A stretch of DNA of 64,000 bases from an uncultured bacterium (GTDB lineage Bacteria; Krumholzibacteriota; Krumholzibacteriia; LZORAL124-64-63), in the NCBI GenBank assembly GCA_963732385.1, contig CAVSZB010000008.1:384001-448000 (forward strand), written 5' to 3'. Made by a program: the position numbers and the translations under genes. Positions 48,159 to 57,007 of the stretch are shown here, in pieces (positions within the stretch are counted from its first letter, which is position 1; the number at the start of each line of letters is the position of its first letter). A model generated the notes under the pieces. The model was not told where the DNA came from. It searched no databases and was given only the letters and a program-made list of their open reading frames with translations.

Positions 48159-49643
48159 ATGAAGAAATTCACCGGACTGCTGATTTCGCTGCCCGTCCTT
48201 CTGCTTATGGCGGTGGCGGGTTGTTCGCTCGATGCGCCCGACGATCCGTCGGCCGGAATCAACCCGCCGACGCTCGAAGACGCCGGGGCGCGCTATGTCG
48301 CGGTTGGCAACAGCCTGACCGCCGGCTTCATGGACGGCGGCCTGATGATGGCCGGCCAGGCCAGCAGCTATCCCCAGCTGATCGCGGCGCAGCTCGGCCT
48401 GAGCAGGACTCAGTTCACCCAGCCCTGGATCGCGGCGCCGGGCCTTGGCAGCTCGACCCCCAGCAGCCCGGCGAACGTGGCGGGCGTGCTGTATTTCGAC
48501 GGCGCGGGCATCGAGATCCTGGGCGAGACGCCGCTGGCCTCCGTCCAGTCCACGCTGCTGCTGGCCGTGAGCCAGCCCACGCAGTACCATAACCTGGGCG
48601 TGCCGGGGGCGACGCTGCACGACGGCATGAACGCCTACAGCGCCGCCACCAGCGCCGGCGCCGCGCTCGGCAGCCCCAACCCGTTCTTCGACTTCATCAA
48701 CCGTGCCGCGTTCTTCGGCAACAAGGCCATCGCTGCGGGCTATCCGGACGGGATGGGCGGCCTCGTGCCGGTGACCTACCAGTCGGCGTCGCAGTTCTAC
48801 CAGGCGATCGCCAAGGGCGGCGCGCTGGTGACGCTGTGGCTCGGCAACAACGACGTGCTCGGCCCCGCCACCAGCGGCGAGCCGCCGGCCGGCTTCGGCG
48901 CGGCCGGAGCCGCGGCGTTCCAGGCTGACTACACGGCGCTGCTGGCGATGCTGGCAGGCGGTCTGGCTCAGCGCAACGGCTTCCCGGCCACCATCGTGGT
49001 TGCGAACATCCCGAGCGTGTCGAGCACACCCTATTTCATTCCCGAGGCCGTGTTCGATGCCTACGTCCGGTCGCAGCTCGGGCAGAGCTGGCCCGGTGGC
49101 TACGCGGAGGGTACGGTGGACTACGTCCGGTTCCCGGCGCTGTCGTGGCTCGCCGCGCATGCCGTGCCGGACAGCTTCGGAGTGGCGCTGCCGGCGAACC
49201 TCACGCTCGACCATGCCGAGGCGGTGGATGTCGCGACCGCCGTGGGCACCTACAACGCGATCATTGCGGGCGTGGCGGCGTCGGTGAACGCCAGCGGCGT
49301 GGCCAGGGTGGGCCTGATGGACGCCAACGCCCTGCTGGCCGGCCGCAGCGCCGCCGAGAAGACGCACTTCCTGTTCCTCGTGGGCCAGGGCATGAGCGTG
49401 GCCACGGCGGCCTCCACCACGATCTTCTCGCTCGACGGCATCCATCCGAACAGCCACGGCTACGGCATCGTGGCCAATGCCTTCATCGATGAGATCAACG
49501 ACCTCGACGGCACCAGCATTGCGCACGTGGACCCGGATGCCCTGACCTGGGATCCCACCTACGGTATGGACAAGTCGGCAGGCTCCGGTCCCTTGCGGCT
49601 GGACCCCGCGGCGGCGGCGGCCATGGACGCCATCTTCCGCTAG
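48159..49643 (+). CDS. SGNH/GDSL hydrolase lipoprotein
   Basis: Lipobox VAGC, blocks VAVGNSLTAG, NLGVPG, LGNND, SLDGIHP. Confidence 0.88.
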   Translation: MKKFTGLLISLPVLLLMAVAGCSLDAPDDPSAGINPPTLEDAGARYVAVGNSLTAGFMDGGLMMAGQASSYPQLIAAQLGLSRTQFTQPWIAAPGLGSSTPSSPANVAGVLYFDGAGIEILGETPLASVQSTLLLAVSQPTQYHNLGVPGATLHDGMNAYSAATSAGAALGSPNPFFDFINRAAFFGNKAIAAGYPDGMGGLVPVTYQSASQFYQAIAKGGALVTLWLGNNDVLGPATSGEPPAGFGAAGAAAFQADYTALLAMLAGGLAQRNGFPATIVVANIPSVSSTPYFIPEAVFDAYVRSQLGQSWPGGYAEGTVDYVRFPALSWLAAHAVPDSFGVALPANLTLDHAEAVDVATAVGTYNAIIAGVAASVNASGVARVGLMDANALLAGRSAAEKTHFLFLVGQGMSVATAASTTIFSLDGIHPNSHGYGIVANAFIDEINDLDGTSIAHVDPDALTWDPTYGMDKSAGSGPLRLDPAAAAAMDAIFR

Positions 49644-49670
49644 CGTCGGCTGATTGCAGAACGACGCGTG

Positions 49671-49690
49671 GGGGAGCCACGGGGCTCCCC
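49671..49690. terminator. Hairpin between convergent genes
   Basis: GGGGAGCC-ACGG-GGCTCCCC. Confidence 0.5.
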
Positions 49691-49740
49691 CTGCTCATTC
49701 CGGATGAATCATCGTCGCTTGGGGGCGGGGTGCCGAAAGT

Positions 49741-49902
49741 TCAGGACTGCGGTCGGCCGTTCAGCCGGGCAAGACGCTCCTGGACCTCGCGCAGCAGCGT
49801 TTCCGCCCGGCGTTGCCGCAGCCCCAGCGACAGCAGATAGCCGCCCAGCGCCACCCAGATGAACAGGTAGGCGGCCAGCAGATAGCCCATTCCGCTTTTC
49901 AT
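49741..49902 (-). CDS. ccmD: Heme exporter protein CcmD
   Basis: 53 aa, YLLAAYLFIWVALGGYL TM plus basic tail, directly after ccmC. Confidence 0.8.
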   Translation of the reverse strand: MKSGMGYLLAAYLFIWVALGGYLLSLGLRQRRAETLLREVQERLARLNGRPQS

Positions 49903-50606
49903 GCCTGATCGGCCTCCAGGTCGGATGTGGCGAGGTCGGCGGCGTAAGCCTCGTCGCGCAGGTACTCCAGGCGGACGCGCTGCAGCAGCAGCGCCACGCC
50001 CAGCAGGGTCATGGCGGCCAGGCTGACGAAGAAGGTCAGCGCCATCGCCGGATCGAGCCCAGATCCCTGGCCCCCCATGATCACCGGCTGCGGGTGCTGC
50101 GTCCGCCACCAACGGATGCTGAAGTAGACGATCGGCACGTCGAGGAAGCCGAGGATGCCGACCACTGCCGCCAGCGTGGCGCGCCGGCGGGCGTCGGCGG
50201 CGTAGTGGCGCAGCAGCAGGTAGGAGACATAGATCAGCCAGAGCATCAGGGTCGAGGTGAGCCGGGCGTCCCAGGTCCACCAGATGCCCCAGACCGGCCG
50301 GGCCCAGATCGGGCCGGTCACCAGCACGATCGTGCAGAACAGCACCCCCACCTCGGCTGCCGACAGCGCCAGGATGTCCCAGCCGCGGTGTCCGCCGATC
50401 AGCGTGCCGATGCTCCCCGCAAAGACGAGGAAGAAGCAGAAAAACGCCATCCAGGCCGACGGCACGTGGAAATAGAAGATGCGCTGCACGTCGCCCATGG
50501 TGCGTTCGGTCGGTGCCCAGCGCAGGGCCAGCACCAGCGCCGCCGCCACCGCCACCAGCGCCAGCAGCGTGGCGAGGGCCTGCCAGGGGGCGAGTTTGCG
50601 GGACAC
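49899..50606 (-). CDS. ccmC: Cytochrome c maturation protein CcmC
   Basis: RIFYFHVP, WARPVWGIWWTWDARLT (WWD motif), WWRTQHP. Confidence 0.94.
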   Translation of the reverse strand: MSRKLAPWQALATLLALVAVAAALVLALRWAPTERTMGDVQRIFYFHVPSAWMAFFCFFLVFAGSIGTLIGGHRGWDILALSAAEVGVLFCTIVLVTGPIWARPVWGIWWTWDARLTSTLMLWLIYVSYLLLRHYAADARRRATLAAVVGILGFLDVPIVYFSIRWWRTQHPQPVIMGGQGSGLDPAMALTFFVSLAAMTLLGVALLLQRVRLEYLRDEAYAADLATSDLEADQA

Positions 50607-50652
50607 GACGCTCTCTCCTTTCCGCCGACCGGACCACCGGCCGCCGGCAGAT

Positions 50653-51351
50653 CTATTCCCCGATGGCCCGGCCGAACAGCAGCAGCCCGAGCACGAGGTA
50701 CACGATCGCGAAAGCGGTCAGCAGCCGCAGCCAGCTGCCCAGGCCGACCGCCGCTCCGCCGTCGATGCCCATGCCGGCGGCGAGCAGCAGCGCGGTGGCT
50801 TCCACCGCGGCGATCAGCACCGGCACGATCAGCGGCAGCAGCACGATCGGCAGCAGCAGATGGCGGGCCACGGTCTGCCCGGCCACTGCCGACAGCACGG
50901 TGCCGGCGGCGCAGAAGCCGGCCGTGCCGAGCGCCGCCACGCCGATCAGCGCCAGCAGCCAGCCGCCCACCGGCGCGTTGAAGAAGACCACGAACATCGG
51001 CAGGATGAGCAGCTCCATCGCGAACATGAACAGGAACGAGGCGGCCCACTTGCCGAGGAAGAGCGCCCCCCGGTCGAGCGGCGAGGCCAGCAGTCCCTGC
51101 AGGCAGCCCTCTTCCCGCTCCTGCGCGAACGAACGCTCCAGCCCCAAAATCCCGGCGAACACGAAGGCGGCCCAGAGGACCCCCGGCGCCACGGCGGCCC
51201 GCGTGTCGCCGGCCGGCTCGAAGGCGAAGTTGAAGACGACCAGCACGAGCAGGGCGAACACGGTCATGATCAGCAGCGAGTCCCAGCCGCGCGCCTCGCT
51301 GCGCACGTCCTTTAGGAAGACCGCGCACGCCTGCCGCAGGAAGACGCTCAC
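50653..51351 (-). CDS. ccmB: Heme exporter permease CcmB
   Basis: KDVRSE, PGVLW, RSF..E.EEG, LLLPIVLLPL. Confidence 0.92.
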   Translation of the reverse strand: MSVFLRQACAVFLKDVRSEARGWDSLLIMTVFALLVLVVFNFAFEPAGDTRAAVAPGVLWAAFVFAGILGLERSFAQEREEGCLQGLLASPLDRGALFLGKWAASFLFMFAMELLILPMFVVFFNAPVGGWLLALIGVAALGTAGFCAAGTVLSAVAGQTVARHLLLPIVLLPLIVPVLIAAVEATALLLAAGMGIDGGAAVGLGSWLRLLTAFAIVYLVLGLLLFGRAIGE

Positions 51352-52073
51352 GACGGCAACTCCCGGAACAGGCGCGTGGCCGCGTCCGCGGCCGCGGCGC
51401 CGGCCAGCGGCCGGCCCTGGGCGTCAGCCAATTCGCGCCGTCGGCCGCGGGCGAGATAGACGACCGAGTCGGCGCGCGCCGCCTTGTCAGCGCGGTGGGT
51501 CACGAAGAGGACCGTGCGCCGTTCCGCGCGAAGCCGGTCGAGGAAACCGTCCAGCACCGCTTCACCCGCGGGATCGAGGCCGGTGTACGGCTCGTCGAGC
51601 AGCACCAGTTCCGGTCCGTGCAGGAGGACGCGCGCCAGCGCGAGGCGCTGCCGCATGCCGCGGCTGAAACCGCCGGCGGCGCGTCGGGCGTGGTCCGCCA
51701 GCCCGATCTCTGCCAGCGCGGTCGCGGCCCGCGCGGAGGGACGGTCGAGCCCGTAGAGCGTGGCGTAGAAGATGAGATTCTCGGCGGCCGTGAGGCGGGC
51801 ATAGAGGAACGACTCGTGTCCCAGCAGTCCGATGCGCCGGCGCAGGTCGGGCCGATCGCCGCGCGTCGGCTGCCCGAACAGCCGGAGTTCGCCGCCGGTG
51901 GGGGAGAGCAGGCCGGCCACGAGACGCAACAGGGTCGACTTCCCGGCCCCGTTGGGTCCCATTACGGCGCAGGTGGCGCCGGCGGGCACGTTCAGGTCGA
52001 CGTCGGCCAGCGCCCGCTGCCGGCCATAGTGGTGGCCGAGCTTGCGCGCCTCGACCGCCGGGTCAGGAGACAT
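51348..52073 (-). CDS. ccmA: Heme ABC exporter ATP-binding protein CcmA
   Basis: GPNGAGKST, FSRGMRQR, LLDEPYTGLD in ccm operon. Confidence 0.92.
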   Translation of the reverse strand: MSPDPAVEARKLGHHYGRQRALADVDLNVPAGATCAVMGPNGAGKSTLLRLVAGLLSPTGGELRLFGQPTRGDRPDLRRRIGLLGHESFLYARLTAAENLIFYATLYGLDRPSARAATALAEIGLADHARRAAGGFSRGMRQRLALARVLLHGPELVLLDEPYTGLDPAGEAVLDGFLDRLRAERRTVLFVTHRADKAARADSVVYLARGRRRELADAQGRPLAGAAAADAATRLFRELPS

Positions 52074-53532
52074 CGGAGTCGGTCCGCCGGCGGACCACCA
52101 GCACGACCACCAGCATCGTCACGATCGCCGCGGCGATGTAGAGGGCGGTGTTCACGATCCGCGGCCCCTGCTTTACTACCGTCTCGTCCGCCTCGCCGTT
52201 CACTCCGCTCATCCCGCCGTGCGGTGAGCGCGTGGCCGCCTCGGGATCGCCCCCCGCGACCGCAAGCCGCAGCGGAGCGCCGCGTGGAATCGCCGGCGCG
52301 CGCAGGATCAGGAAACCGGTCTGCGGTTCCACGCCGTGCTCGGTCAGTCCCGCGCCGGTGAGCTTGATGTCGGTGGGGAAGGCGTAGATGGTGAGCTGCG
52401 CGATATCGACGCTTGCCTCGAGCGGCAGCACGAGCGCGCCGGTGTAGGGGAGGGAGGCGGAAAGATCGAGGCGGGTGGAGCCGGGCTGCAGCGCCCGGTC
52501 GAGGCCGACCCAGTCCGGCCTGGCGCCGGCGGTCGGTGTCACGGGGGTCGGCATCATGCCGGTGCTGGCCTGCATGCGGGTCACCGCGGCGGGGCCGCCC
52601 GGCACGCGCAGAGCGAACGCGGGTCCGCTGCCGGGCACGATTGCGCGCGGCGGCTGCGATCCGTTCTCGAGCGTCAGGAGCCAGGAAACTTCGAGTCGCT
52701 CGCCCAGACGACGCACCACCAGATTGATGTTCGCCACCTGCAGGCCGTCGGTCTCGGTCGTGCTGTCGTAGACCATCAGTTCTACCGGGCCGGAGAGCAG
52801 ATCCTGGCCCCGCACCAGACGGCTCGGATAGTTGCGTCCCGCGCGCGCCTCCACGACGTAGATGGCCGCCGGCACGATCTCCTGCTCGCCCAGGTCCACT
52901 TCGCCGCGCGCCCCGCGCACGGACGCCAGCGGCAGCAGGCCGGTGCTGCCGACCGCCTGCAGCATGACCTCTTCCGCCTGGCCCGGACCGCCCGCCGTGC
53001 CGTTGCGCAGGGCCACCTTCACGACGCTGTTCACGGCCGTCGTATCGGCCGCCGTCAGGCCGCCCGTCGCGTCTTCGGCCACCGGCGGGTGGCCGGCCGG
53101 CAGCCCGCCGCCGCCCATCTCCTGCGCACGGGCGCCCGGGACGGATGCCGCGGCCAGCCATGCCGCCAGCGCCAAGGCGCCCGCAAAGCCCCCGCGCGAT
53201 CCGCGGCCGCCTCGCCCGGCGCGCAGCGCCGGCGTCTCCGACTGCTCACTGGCGAGGCGCGTCTGCTCCCGGTCCAGCTCGCGCATCAACCCGGCCGTTT
53301 CCTGCACCAGTTCCTGGCGTAAAGACTGGAAATCGGCCTCCTCGAGCTTGCCCATGTCGTGGTCGAATTCGAGGTCCTTCAATTCCATCAGCCGGTTGCG
53401 GGCGTTCGCTGCAAGGTCGAGCGGGTGCAGTCCGGCAGCGGCGCCGGCCGCGCCGGTCCGGCGCAGCAGGGGAGTCACGGTCCAGGCGAGCGTTCCGGTC
53501 AGGAGCGCGACGATCACCAGCGTACTCAGCAT
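52063..53532 (-). CDS. CcmI/CycH-like N-terminal domain fused to a membrane-anchored beta-rich periplasmic domain
   Basis: TM then LKDLEFDHDMGKL..ADFQ.LR; second hydrophobic segment, LPAGHPP, beta-rich region, C-terminal TM. Confidence 0.6.
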   Translation of the reverse strand: MLSTLVIVALLTGTLAWTVTPLLRRTGAAGAAAGLHPLDLAANARNRLMELKDLEFDHDMGKLEEADFQSLRQELVQETAGLMRELDREQTRLASEQSETPALRAGRGGRGSRGGFAGALALAAWLAAASVPGARAQEMGGGGLPAGHPPVAEDATGGLTAADTTAVNSVVKVALRNGTAGGPGQAEEVMLQAVGSTGLLPLASVRGARGEVDLGEQEIVPAAIYVVEARAGRNYPSRLVRGQDLLSGPVELMVYDSTTETDGLQVANINLVVRRLGERLEVSWLLTLENGSQPPRAIVPGSGPAFALRVPGGPAAVTRMQASTGMMPTPVTPTAGARPDWVGLDRALQPGSTRLDLSASLPYTGALVLPLEASVDIAQLTIYAFPTDIKLTGAGLTEHGVEPQTGFLILRAPAIPRGAPLRLAVAGGDPEAATRSPHGGMSGVNGEADETVVKQGPRIVNTALYIAAAIVTMLVVVLVVRRRTDSDVS

Positions 53533-53559
53533 GGTGTTTCCTCTCTCGTCTCGCGCGGG

Positions 53560-55560
53560 TCAGGCCGTGGCGCGCACAGTCGCCTCGATCGCTTCCTCGC
53601 GCCGGGTTGGGAAGATACAGATCATCGTGCCACCGATCAATACCAGCCCGCCGATCCAGACCCACGCCACCAGTGGGTTGTCGTAGATCTGGAAGTCGAG
53701 CGTCCGGTTGTTCTCCTCCAAGCCGCCAAGAACGACGTAGAGATCGCGCGCGAGGGTGCTGCGCACGGCCACTTCGGACGAAGGCTGGTCGCTGGCGAGG
53801 TAGCGGCGCTTCTCCGGGTCGAGCGTGACGAGGCGATGGCCGTGCTCGGACACCTCGAGCCACCCTTTGATCCAGGCGTAGTTCGGGTTCTGTCCGTTCT
53901 CCACCCGGGCGAGCTTGAAATCATACCCGCCGAAACTGCCGCTCCCGCCCTCCGGCAACGACAGCCTGCCCTGACGCGAGAACGCCTGCCCCGTGAAGCC
54001 GAAAAACAGCAGCATCACGCCGAAATGCACCACATAGCCGCCGTAGCGCGAGCGGTTGTGCTTGAACAGACCGGCGAGCGCGGTGGCGATCCCCTCGCCG
54101 GTATTGCGGCGTCGCGCCCGCACCGCGCGCGTGAACTCCTCCACGATCGTCACGGCGACGAAGGCGCACAGTCCCAGACTGACCAGCGCAGACGCCTGGC
54201 GCACGCCCAGCAGCGCCAGCGCCACCGCCACGCCCACCGCGATCAGCCACGGGCGGACGAGCGTGCGGCGCAGGCTGGCCACCGCGGTGCGGCGATACGC
54301 CAGCAGCGGCCCCACGCCCATGAGGAACAGCAACAGCAGCCCCAGCGGCACCTGGACCCGGTTGAAGAACCGGATTCCCAGCGAGATTTGGGTCTCGCGC
54401 ACGAGCTGGCTGAAAACGGGGAACAGCGTGCCGATGAAGACCGCCGCCATCATGACGAGCAGCAGCAGGTTGTTGAACAGGTAGCCGGCCTCGCGCGACA
54501 GCACCGACTCGATCTGGTGGTCGGGGCGCAGATCCGCGCGGCGCGCCATGAGCAGCGCCGCCGTAAGGACGGTCGCCAGCCCGAGGAAGATCGTGAAATA
54601 GGTCCCGATGCCCGACGAGGCGAACGCGTGCACCGACTGCACGATGCCCGAGCGGGTCATGAAGGTGCCGAAGACGCACAGCAGGTAGGTGGCGGCGATC
54701 AGCGCGGCGTTCCACCCCTTCAGCATCCCGCGTCGCTGCTGCACGAGCGAGCTGTGGATGAAGGCGGTGCCGGTCAGCCATGGCATCAGGCTGGCGTTCT
54801 CGACCGGGTCCCAGGCCCAGTATCCGCCCCAGCCCAGTTCGGAGTAGGCCCAGCGCGCGCCGAGCAGGATGCCGGCGCCGAGGCAGAACCAGGCGGTCAG
54901 GGTCCAGCGCCGGATGATCTTCACCCAGAGCGAGCCGGTGCGACGGTAGTGCAGCGCCGCCATCGCGAAGGCGAACGGCACGACGAAACCGACGTAGCCG
55001 AGATAGAGCATCGGCGGGTGGATCACCATCGCCGGATGCTGCAGCAGCGGGTTGAGCCCCTGCCCGTCGGCGGGGCGGAAGGGGCGCAGCGTGCCGTCGG
55101 CCGCGCGGGTCATCAGCATCGTGAACGGGCTCGCCGCGAAGACGTTCAGCACCAGGAAGAAGAGCGTCGTCCCGCCCAGCACCATCAGGGCGGCCGGCAG
55201 GAGCGCCTTCGCCTCGTCGCTGCGGGAACTGGCGGCCGCGAAGCTGAACGCGCACAGCAGCCAGGTCCAGAACAGCAGCGAGCCGGCCTGTCCCGCCCAG
55301 AGCGAGGCGGCCTTGTAGAAGAGCGGCAGGGCGGTGTTGCTGTAGTCCGCCACGTACGCCACCGAGTAGTCGCCGCGCATGATGAGGGTCTCGAGGCAGG
55401 CCACGGCCACCGTGACGAGCGCGAACACCGCGCCCACGCCGCGCCGCGCCGAGGCGGCCCACGGGCCGGCGGGAGCGCGCAGGCCGCGCCAGGCCGCGGC
55501 GACCACCCAGACCGACAGCGCGAGCGCCGCGACCAGGCTGGAACTGCCGATATCTCTCAC
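53560..55560 (-). CDS. ccmF: Cytochrome c heme lyase CcmF
   Basis: WAGQAGSLLFW, GLNPLLQ, HPPMLYLG, WGGYWAWDPVENAS, RSGIVQSVHAF, RYGGYVVH. Confidence 0.96.
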   Translation of the reverse strand: MRDIGSSSLVAALALSVWVVAAAWRGLRAPAGPWAASARRGVGAVFALVTVAVACLETLIMRGDYSVAYVADYSNTALPLFYKAASLWAGQAGSLLFWTWLLCAFSFAAASSRSDEAKALLPAALMVLGGTTLFFLVLNVFAASPFTMLMTRAADGTLRPFRPADGQGLNPLLQHPAMVIHPPMLYLGYVGFVVPFAFAMAALHYRRTGSLWVKIIRRWTLTAWFCLGAGILLGARWAYSELGWGGYWAWDPVENASLMPWLTGTAFIHSSLVQQRRGMLKGWNAALIAATYLLCVFGTFMTRSGIVQSVHAFASSGIGTYFTIFLGLATVLTAALLMARRADLRPDHQIESVLSREAGYLFNNLLLLVMMAAVFIGTLFPVFSQLVRETQISLGIRFFNRVQVPLGLLLLFLMGVGPLLAYRRTAVASLRRTLVRPWLIAVGVAVALALLGVRQASALVSLGLCAFVAVTIVEEFTRAVRARRRNTGEGIATALAGLFKHNRSRYGGYVVHFGVMLLFFGFTGQAFSRQGRLSLPEGGSGSFGGYDFKLARVENGQNPNYAWIKGWLEVSEHGHRLVTLDPEKRRYLASDQPSSEVAVRSTLARDLYVVLGGLEENNRTLDFQIYDNPLVAWVWIGGLVLIGGTMICIFPTRREEAIEATVRATA

Positions 55561-56021
55561 GGGAGGGCTCCTGCCGCAGCGGCGGTCGGCGAAGCGACGG
55601 TCGGGCCAGCCCCCGGCTGCGCCTGCTCCCGGGCGTCCATCGCCTCGTACTTGCTGGCGCACTTCGCCTGGATCCTGTCCGCCCGGAACGCCCCCCCGGG
55701 TTGCAGATGGCCCTCCACGACCGCCTTCGCCCGGTCCTTGAAGGTGTCCGGAACGGGATCGAGCCCGACATAGAGCACCGGCATCTCGCATCCGTTTTCC
55801 GTCAGCATGAAGAAGAGCCCCTCGGCGCGGCGACTGATCGATCCCGGAACCACTTCGCCCGACACCTTGAGGCGGGCGTTGCCCCGCGCGCCGGCGCCGG
55901 CGGCGATTTCATCGACTGTATAGTAGTAGGTCCTGCCTTCCTGAAAGCCGCTCACGGCCAGCCAGACCAGGGTCACGAGGATGGCGCCGATCCCGATCCC
56001 CAGTTTGATGCGTGCCTGCAT
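55557..56021 (-). CDS. ccmE: Heme chaperone CcmE, CxxxY variant
   Basis: N-terminal TM, G.V.PGS, PDTFK, AKCASKY. Confidence 0.92.
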   Translation of the reverse strand: MQARIKLGIGIGAILVTLVWLAVSGFQEGRTYYYTVDEIAAGAGARGNARLKVSGEVVPGSISRRAEGLFFMLTENGCEMPVLYVGLDPVPDTFKDRAKAVVEGHLQPGGAFRADRIQAKCASKYEAMDAREQAQPGAGPTVASPTAAAAGALP

Positions 56022-56074
56022 GCGAGGCCTCCTCGCGGCGGGGAACTGGAGTGAGGACCCGCCACCGCGGAACG

Positions 56075-56190
56075 CTAAGTATACGTAAATAATCCTGATT
56101 ATCAAGGTCTTCCGGTCCGCCCGTGACCGGCCGATCTTGACACCCGGCGAGGTAACGGCGATATAAAGATCCAGATTTTGCACAATTAAC
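56075..56190. promoter_or_regulatory. Divergent promoter region ccmE / Rrf2
   Basis: AT-rich; inverted repeat ATAATC-CT-GATTAT (56089-56102); TTGACA at 56137 and TATAAA at 56162. Confidence 0.5.
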
Positions 56191-56219
56191 GAAACCGGGT
56201 CGCAACGGGGGAGGCAGCG

Positions 56220-56663
56220 GTGATCTTCAAGGCGGACACCCAGCATGCGCTGCGGGCGGTGACGGCGCTGGCCCGGGAGCGGGATCTCCTCTCCACGGCG
56301 CGGCTGGCCCAACGGGTCGGCGCGCCGGAGCCTGCCCTGGCGAAGGTGCTGCAGCGGCTGGCCCAGCACGGCCTGGTCGAGGGACGCCCCGGTCCCGGCG
56401 GCGGCTATCTCCTCAAACGGGCGGCGGCGGAGATCCCGCTCATCGAACTGGTGCTCCTGTTCGAGGGGCCGAATTTCGGTCGCAACTGCGTCTTCGGCCT
56501 GCCCCAGTGCGCCGACGAATCGCCCTGCCCGCTGCACCACGGCTGGAAACAGATCCTTACCCGCCTGATGAGCCTGCTCGAGACCCACACCGTGGCGGAG
56601 CTGGCCGACGGCACGGTCGAGGCGCTGCCGTGGCCGGACGACCTGGCTGGCGCTACCTCCTGA
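56220..56663 (+). CDS. Rrf2 family transcriptional regulator, probably Fe-S binding
   Basis: HALRA, LAKVLQRL...G..GPGGGY, C-x6-C-x5-C-PLH. Confidence 0.92.
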   Translation: MIFKADTQHALRAVTALARERDLLSTARLAQRVGAPEPALAKVLQRLAQHGLVEGRPGPGGGYLLKRAAAEIPLIELVLLFEGPNFGRNCVFGLPQCADESPCPLHHGWKQILTRLMSLLETHTVAELADGTVEALPWPDDLAGATS

Positions 56664-56822
56664 GGGTCCCGGAGGCGAACGGGCATGGCCCCCAGCCACC
56701 AGTGGCGGCGGCAGCGCGTGCGCGGCCTGTGCCTCGGAATCCAGATTCTTTCCCTGAGCGTCGTGGCCGCAATCGGAATCCGTTTCGTTGTTTGGGGTCC
56801 GGTGGTCTGTGCAACGAACGGG

Positions 56823-57000
56823 TTATCGATACAACACCTTCAACTGACTCCAGGTCGCCCCGTCCACGGGCATGGGAACGGTCTCGAAGGTGATGTCGGC
56901 GACCACGGAGTCGCACAAGCAAGAGCCAGGAGAGATGGCGCAGTCGATCACGTCGCCAGCTTGTGAGCCCAGATGGTATGGTGCGGTTGCTTGGCGGGCG
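56823..57000 (-). pseudogene. C-terminal remnant of a secreted protein ending VDGATWSQLKVLYR
   Basis: Short ORF with no signal peptide or clear RBS; terminal W-x-x-L-K-x-L-Y-R motif. Confidence 0.45.
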
Positions 57001-57007
57001 GATGCGT

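Noticed and set aside
56670..56826. Possible attC after the TWSQLKVLYR fragment (TAAC...GTTCG on the minus strand)
   Set aside because: L and R boxes do not pair convincingly
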